Part shown: one piece after another, positions 59,228 through 64,000 of the stretch
Layout: the number at the start of each line of letters is the position of its first letter
Position numbering within the stretch: the stretch's first letter is position 1
Source: an uncultured delta proteobacterium
GTDB taxonomy: Bacteria; Desulfobacterota; Binatia; UBA9968
Length of the DNA stretch: 64,000 nt
Direction of reading: 5' to 3'
Assembly (NCBI GenBank): GCA_963816145.1
Contig: CAWFJP010000005.1
Location: 160,001 to 224,000, forward strand
The notes under the pieces: model-generated
The model's database searches: none
The model's input: only the letters and a program-made list of their open reading frames with translations
Told to the model about the DNA's origin: nothing
Translations under genes and position numbers: made by a program

Positions 59228-59346
59228 CGCAAAGTACGCAAAGGACTCAAAATTATTCGGACGACGCATTCACCACGAAGGCACGAAGGACACGAAGGTT
59301 TCGGGAAAATGTCAGAACTTGGCGCTCTTCGTGCCTTCGTGGTGAA
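59228..59346. repeat. 9-nt-period CGCAAAG arm plus an inverted CACGAAG/CTTCGTG pair
   Basis: CGCAAAGTACGCAAAGGACTCAAA, then TTCACCACGAAGGCACGAAGGACACGAAG ... CTTCGTGCCTTCGTGGTGAA. Confidence 0.8.
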
Positions 59347-59384
59347 AACCATTGAATCAGTTCTGCAGATGAAAGGGCAATGAC

Positions 59385-60389
59385 ATGGCTGACTGGAAGA
59401 TGATCGATGCCGACGGACATATTCGCGAGGTCGAGAGCGATGTGTTCGAGTATCTGCCGGATTACTACAAGGCGCGGCGCGAGGCTGTCATGTATTTCCC
59501 GCTGCTGCCGCATCATGGCTGGCATCGGCAGGCCGGGAGAGAGGGGATTGGCCGGTCATTTTTGATTCCGTCGCTGCAGGATTGGCAGCAGGCGCTGGAC
59601 CTCGGCAAGCTCGAGGCAGCGGTGATTTATCCGACTCGCTTCATGCATATCGGTCAGGTCGGTATGACCGACTTCGCCGTGGATTTAAGCAAAGCCTACA
59701 ACGATTATCTGCACGATCGCTTTTTGCGCCATGAACCGCGCATGAAAGGCATGGCGATTTTGCCGATGCAAGATGTGCCGGCGGCGGTCGCCGAGCTGCG
59801 CCGCGTGGTCAAGGATTTGGGCATGGTCGGCGCGGTGCTGCCCGCGGACGGCTTGCCGCGGCCGTTGGGCCATCCGGAGTTTCATCCGGTCTACGAGGAG
59901 GCTAATCGCCTCGGTTGCATGCTCGCGGTGCACTCGCAGAATTCATTGCGCAACAATGATCTGTTCATGTGGCGCGGCGAGGCGGCGACGCTGGCCCATG
60001 TCTGGCCGCAGATGCGCCAGTTTACCAACTTCATGTTTTCAGGAATTCTCGGTCGCTTGCCGGATTTGAAAATAGCCTTTCTTGAAGCCGGCTGCGGTTG
60101 GGTGCCCTATCTCATGAGCAAGATGGGCAACCGCATGGGCGAGGCGCTGCCGCCGGCAAAATTGATTGAACGCGGGCAGATTTATTTCCAATGCGGCGAG
60201 GAGATGACCACCAGCCGTGACTTGGAATTGCTCGGCGACGAGTGTTTGTTCTGGGCGTCCGATTTTCCCCACGAGGGGATTGTCAGCATGAAAAAAGCGG
60301 TCGATGAGTTTGTCGAGCGGGAGGATATTCCCGAGGCAGCGAAACGCAAAATCAGTTACGACAATCCGAAGCGACTTTACGCGCTCTAA
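59385..60389 (+). CDS. Amidohydrolase family 2 protein
   Basis: IDADGH, YPT, AVH, FLEAGCGW, WASDFPHE, NPKRLY motifs. Confidence 0.92.
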   Translation: MADWKMIDADGHIREVESDVFEYLPDYYKARREAVMYFPLLPHHGWHRQAGREGIGRSFLIPSLQDWQQALDLGKLEAAVIYPTRFMHIGQVGMTDFAVDLSKAYNDYLHDRFLRHEPRMKGMAILPMQDVPAAVAELRRVVKDLGMVGAVLPADGLPRPLGHPEFHPVYEEANRLGCMLAVHSQNSLRNNDLFMWRGEAATLAHVWPQMRQFTNFMFSGILGRLPDLKIAFLEAGCGWVPYLMSKMGNRMGEALPPAKLIERGQIYFQCGEEMTTSRDLELLGDECLFWASDFPHEGIVSMKKAVDEFVEREDIPEAAKRKISYDNPKRLYAL

Positions 60390-60397
60390 CGAGCGCG

Positions 60398-60492
60398 GTT
60401 CCAATCGTTCCAGCCGTTTCAACGGTTCCAATAACGGACGATCCGCATGTCCGATCGATTGGAACCGCTGGAACCTTTGGAACGATTGAAAC
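60398..60492. repeat. Inverted pair of 9-nt-period GTTCCA/TGGAAC arrays
   Basis: GTT(C/T)CA at 60398, 60407, 60416, 60425; TG(G/A)AAC at 60460, 60469, 60478, 60487. Confidence 0.85.
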
Positions 60493-60503
60493 CGGCGGCG
60501 TTC

Positions 60504-60893
60504 TTACGCCTTGGCGAACTTTTCCTGAACCTTTTGCCTGGTATCTTTGCGCGTGACGTAGTCGATAATTTGAATATCTTCCGACGGGCCGGAGCGGTTA
60601 CCCATCATGATCATCGGTTGGTCGCTGGCATTTTCCAGCTGGTAGAACGAGCCTCCGGTGATGGTCGCGGCCATGCCCGGTTTGAGCACGGCTTTGCCGC
60701 CGTCGGGGAAATGCATGGTGCACTCGCCGTCGATGACGTAGAACGTCTGATCGGCATTATGGCAGTGCATGTCGTCTTTGTGGCCGGGTTTGTAATAATG
60801 CATCCAGGCGTGAAAACGCTTGGTATTAAAAATTTCCTTGCGTCGTTTCTCCTTGTGGGCGAAATCGACCATGTCGATGACTTCGATGGGCAT
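60504..60893 (-). CDS. Cupin domain protein
   Basis: MHCHNADQTFYVIDGE and LKPG motifs; GAGGAGG RBS. Confidence 0.85.
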   Translation of the reverse strand: MPIEVIDMVDFAHKEKRRKEIFNTKRFHAWMHYYKPGHKDDMHCHNADQTFYVIDGECTMHFPDGGKAVLKPGMAATITGGSFYQLENASDQPMIMMGNRSGPSEDIQIIDYVTRKDTRQKVQEKFAKA

Positions 60894-60969
60894 AATTTAT
60901 CCTCCTCATATGTTCTCAAAATTCTGAAAATGTTCTGGTTTGGAGTCATTTTCTTTCATTTACCATTTT

Positions 60970-61057
60970 GTTCCAATCGTTCCACTAGTTCCAGTGGTTT
61001 GCGGATTCGCCCGTTGCCGACGGTTGGAACGGCTGGAACGATTGGAACTATTGGAAC
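60970..61057. repeat. Inverted pair of 9-nt-period GTTCCA/TGGAAC arrays
   Basis: GTTCCA at 60970, 60979, 60988; TGGAAC at 61025, 61034, 61043, 61052. Confidence 0.85.
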
Positions 61058-61074
61058 GACGCGCGCCTCGCGCG

Positions 61075-61455
61075 TCATAATACCGCGATCACTTCGATCT
61101 GAAACAGCACTTTGCCGCGCAAGTCAACTTTGAGCGCGTGGCGCGCCGGGCGATCATGGGGATCGGGAAACATCTTCTCCCACGGCCCGTTGACATTGTC
61201 GCGGTACTTTTCATCTTTCAAATAGACCTTCATGTGGGCGATGTTGTCGACCGTGCCGCCGACGCTGTCCATGAAAAGCCTCAAGTTGCGGAACATCGCT
61301 TCGGCCTGTTCGTCGGGATTGTCCGAGAGCACGCCGGTCTTGGCGTCCTTGCCGCCGATCGCCGAGGAGAAAACCATGTTGCCCATAACCACGCCGTTGG
61401 GGATAGGCGCGCCATGTTCCATGCCGGGGATGTGAATGCTCTTACGTTTTGCCAT
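61075..61455 (-). CDS. RidA family protein
   Basis: HGAPIP, VFSSAI.G.D, EQA..MF.N, FPDP..RPARH, QIEVIAVL. Confidence 0.88.
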   Translation of the reverse strand: MAKRKSIHIPGMEHGAPIPNGVVMGNMVFSSAIGGKDAKTGVLSDNPDEQAEAMFRNLRLFMDSVGGTVDNIAHMKVYLKDEKYRDNVNGPWEKMFPDPHDRPARHALKVDLRGKVLFQIEVIAVL

Positions 61456-61514
61456 TTGTTATACCTGCCTCGATTTGAGTTTTTGGAGTCATATCACGAT
61501 CATCGAACCCTAGT

Positions 61515-63011
61515 CTAGCTTGCCGATGTCGACCATTTTGCCAGCGCTTGATCGACATGCCACATCGCCAGGCAGTCGTCTTCGTTGTAGGTCAACGCGC
61601 GGTCGATGGCGAATAGATCGGTGTTGTCGAGATAATCCCAGTAGCAGACCATCGACTGGTAGGCGCCGATGTCTTTTTGCCGCCAGTGAAAGCCCAGGGC
61701 CGGGGCGACGGATTTGATCGAGAAAGTCGGCACCGGCAGATAGACGGCGGTTTGGATCGCCTCTTTCAGGTCGACGCACTTGGTGACGATCTGTTCGATC
61801 GACCCGGACAGCGTCGGCCAGCGGCGCGCGACGCGGCGCATTTGCTGAATCTCGAAGTCGGTCCAGTGGTACAGGCAAACGTCGCGCGGATCACCGACAT
61901 AATCGAAGAACTCGGTGAAGATGCGCGCTTCGTCTTCGGCGCCGCGGGCGAGAAACTTGACGAACTGATCGCGGGCGCCGTCGTAACAGCCGATCAGGTA
62001 GGTGTGCGGCGGCTCGCTCGGATGGACCGAGTCGGAAGTTTCAAAATCGAAATAGAGCAAGCGCTTGCTTCGCGGTATTGTCAGCTGCTGCCCAGGCTTC
62101 AAAACCGGTCCGCTGACTTTATACGCTTGGCTCACAAGAAAGGCGATCGCACCAAAGTGTTCGCCGAGTATCTCGATCAGCTCTTCCTGGCGCAAGTTCC
62201 AAACTTGATCGACTCTGTGAATGCCGGCGCGGCGCAGCTTTTCCCGTTCGCGCTTGGTGATACCTGCCAATAGGACCAAGTCGCGTTGGTCAAGAGCCCG
62301 TTGGTTGGCGTAAATTCGCCAAGGCGAACTCGCCGCATTGGGCGGCCGGTTGGTCTCGGGCACGACGTTGCCATCGCGCAACTCTCTCCAAAACTCGCGT
62401 GCCGCGGCGATTTCTTGCGCCTTATCGGCAAAGCTAACAGTTTCTTCGCTATCTTTCAGGACGATCGTGAACTGATTGGGCACGAAACCTTGGAGCTTGC
62501 CGATATTCTCATTGTAGAAAGCGCCTTGCAGCGCGTGGGAGGTTTGCAGCGACTGCGATCTTTTGATCTCGATGACGCGATAGTGGAAAGGCCCGAGATC
62601 CGATGGTGCTGAATCGTCGCGCACAAGCAAATCGCCTTTGCCGTAGGTCGCTTGCGCTAAATCCCAAAGCTGCGGTTGATAGATTGCCGGCGCACCTGCG
62701 AGCAGGGTATCGCAGGTGTTTTTTAGCGCCGCGAAGCCGAAGCCGGGTTTGATTTCCACGCCGTTGGGGTAGTGGCTCTTGACCCAGCGCTGCTCGTATT
62801 CGACGCCCTGCTGCATGCGCAGTTTTTCATAGCGGGTGGTTTCATCGACGGCGGCATTCTTGGGCGCGTGATGCTGACACCAGAGCCAGAACGGGTCCTT
62901 GAGCAGGTAGTAGCTGAGCGAAGGGCGAAACAAATTGTGACGGTTGAACTTTTGCCCGGCTATGGCGCGTTGGAGCAGTGTTTCGAGGTTGACTTTTGCA
63001 ACTGCTGACAT
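61515..63011 (-). CDS. TM0106 family RecB-like nuclease with C-terminal RNase_H_2 (DEDD) domain
   Basis: IYQP.L, GKGDLL, VIEIK, LQGAFY; GI....E.LR.AGI; YFDFET, VDL, FSIKSVAP..GF.W, YNEDDC. Confidence 0.88.
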   Translation of the reverse strand: MSAVAKVNLETLLQRAIAGQKFNRHNLFRPSLSYYLLKDPFWLWCQHHAPKNAAVDETTRYEKLRMQQGVEYEQRWVKSHYPNGVEIKPGFGFAALKNTCDTLLAGAPAIYQPQLWDLAQATYGKGDLLVRDDSAPSDLGPFHYRVIEIKRSQSLQTSHALQGAFYNENIGKLQGFVPNQFTIVLKDSEETVSFADKAQEIAAAREFWRELRDGNVVPETNRPPNAASSPWRIYANQRALDQRDLVLLAGITKREREKLRRAGIHRVDQVWNLRQEELIEILGEHFGAIAFLVSQAYKVSGPVLKPGQQLTIPRSKRLLYFDFETSDSVHPSEPPHTYLIGCYDGARDQFVKFLARGAEDEARIFTEFFDYVGDPRDVCLYHWTDFEIQQMRRVARRWPTLSGSIEQIVTKCVDLKEAIQTAVYLPVPTFSIKSVAPALGFHWRQKDIGAYQSMVCYWDYLDNTDLFAIDRALTYNEDDCLAMWHVDQALAKWSTSAS

Positions 63012-63013
63012 AG

Positions 63014-63283
63014 CTAGTTCGAGCCGCCCATGGAGTGGCCGATCAGATGGGCGTGATCGATTTTCTCACTCGCGAAAAACTCCCGCAGATCGTCCGCCAT
63101 GGCGGGGTAACCCATGGCTCGATTATGCGGCGACGCGCCGTGATTTCTTAGATCGAGACAATAGACTTTGAAATGGGCGGCGAAGCGCTTGCTCATGGCG
63201 CGCCAATTATCGGACGAGCCGAGAAAGCCGTGGAGGATGATTATCGGGACACCCGCCCCTTGGACATGGAAATTGAGGCGCAT
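63014..63283 (-). pseudogene. Truncated alpha/beta hydrolase (YbfF-like N-terminal third)
   Basis: LHGFLGSSDNW, DLRNHG.S, GHSMGG followed almost at once by a stop; acid and His catalytic residues are missing. Confidence 0.8.
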
Positions 63284-63452
63284 AGTTTCGAGTTGCCGCG
63301 CAAGGCTTACGGAACTCTGACAAGATCACGGAGAAAAGGAAAGGGTCGTGCGTGCGCTGCAGCGAACTGAACCGGAGTTTGGGTTTGGGGGGCAGCTATG
63401 GCAAAGGCTGGCGCCGCCGGTGGGGAGCGGCGGGGATGAATCGATAATTCGA

Positions 63453-64000
63453 TCAGCCGCCGACTCGCGCCACTGCGTCGCTGCGGATAAATCCTGGCGG
63501 CCGGCCATGCTTGGAGTGAATCTCTAGCCAGCCATCGCGGGCGTTTACCACGTTCACTTTTAGGCCGGGTTCGATCTCGCCGACCTGCTGGGCAAATTCA
63601 GTGGGCGCGGCAAAGACTCTAGTGCCGCGAGTGACTTCGTAGGTGCCGGCGCCCGCTGATGACGCAGGCTGGGCTTTGGGTTGTCTTGCCGGTTCTTTCT
63701 GAACCGCCGGCGCATTGGTGTCTTTGTTGATCGGTGTGGCTAAGGTTACCGTTTCGGTGCTAGGCGCTGGATTTTGCTTGGTGGGCGCAGCTTCTTTCCG
63801 CGGCGCCGTTGCCTGCAGGGGTTTGGCTGCGTGTGTCACCGGCTGATCGCCGCTCTGGCTCCAGAATAGCGCGGTTAGCGCTCCGCCAACGACCAAGGCG
63901 ATCACGGCGTGAAAGACACCGAAGCCGCGCTTGGCCTTGGGTGCGGTCTCGACATCGCCGTTTACTTGACCGGCGCTTGCCGCTTCCGGAGTACGCGTCA
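63453..64000 (-). CDS. Membrane-anchored protein with a C-terminal SH3b-like domain (5' part outside the window)
   Basis: TM segment, Pro/Ala-rich linker, then TRVFAAP...VGEIEPG.KVNVV...GWLEI...GFI. Confidence 0.7.
   Translation of the reverse strand, partial: TRTPEAASAGQVNGDVETAPKAKRGFGVFHAVIALVVGGALTALFWSQSGDQPVTHAAKPLQATAPRKEAAPTKQNPAPSTETVTLATPINKDTNAPAVQKEPARQPKAQPASSAGAGTYEVTRGTRVFAAPTEFAQQVGEIEPGLKVNVVNARDGWLEIHSKHGRPPGFIRSDAVARVGG

Overview
A ~60% GC bacterial window, probably from a long-read MAG. The gene style (many orphan NMT1/THI5-type solute-binding proteins, TctC/Bug proteins, amidohydrolase-2 enzymes, UbiD, thiolase/DUF35, RidA, cupin) resembles Candidatus Binatia/Binatota; this assignment is inference only. 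I recognised no rRNA, tRNA or CRISPR array. At least 14 single-base indels split otherwise intact genes and look mostly like assembly errors. Main observations: (1) a candidate selenoprotein, a rhodanese domain with an in-frame UGA (C-x4-U) followed by a SECIS-like hairpin and fused to a 2-TM K+ channel (53976-55184); (2) a cytoplasmic reductive-dehalogenase-like operon with a cobalamin-domain-only paralog, a ferredoxin-GlcG fusion, a stand-alone GlcG/HbpS and a triple-RidA protein (28091-32534), next to a candidate four-way-junction RNA; (3) a TM0106 (Cas4/RecB-like + DEDD exonuclease)-IS66 transposase fusion, plus a stand-alone TM0106 gene with the opposite pattern of motif loss; (4) an integron gene cassette with attC and no integrase in the window; (5) an unusual A-PCP-KS-AT(dead)-DH-ACP NRPS-PKS; (6) many families of intergenic 7-nt and 9-nt periodic inverted repeats and REP-like palindromes.
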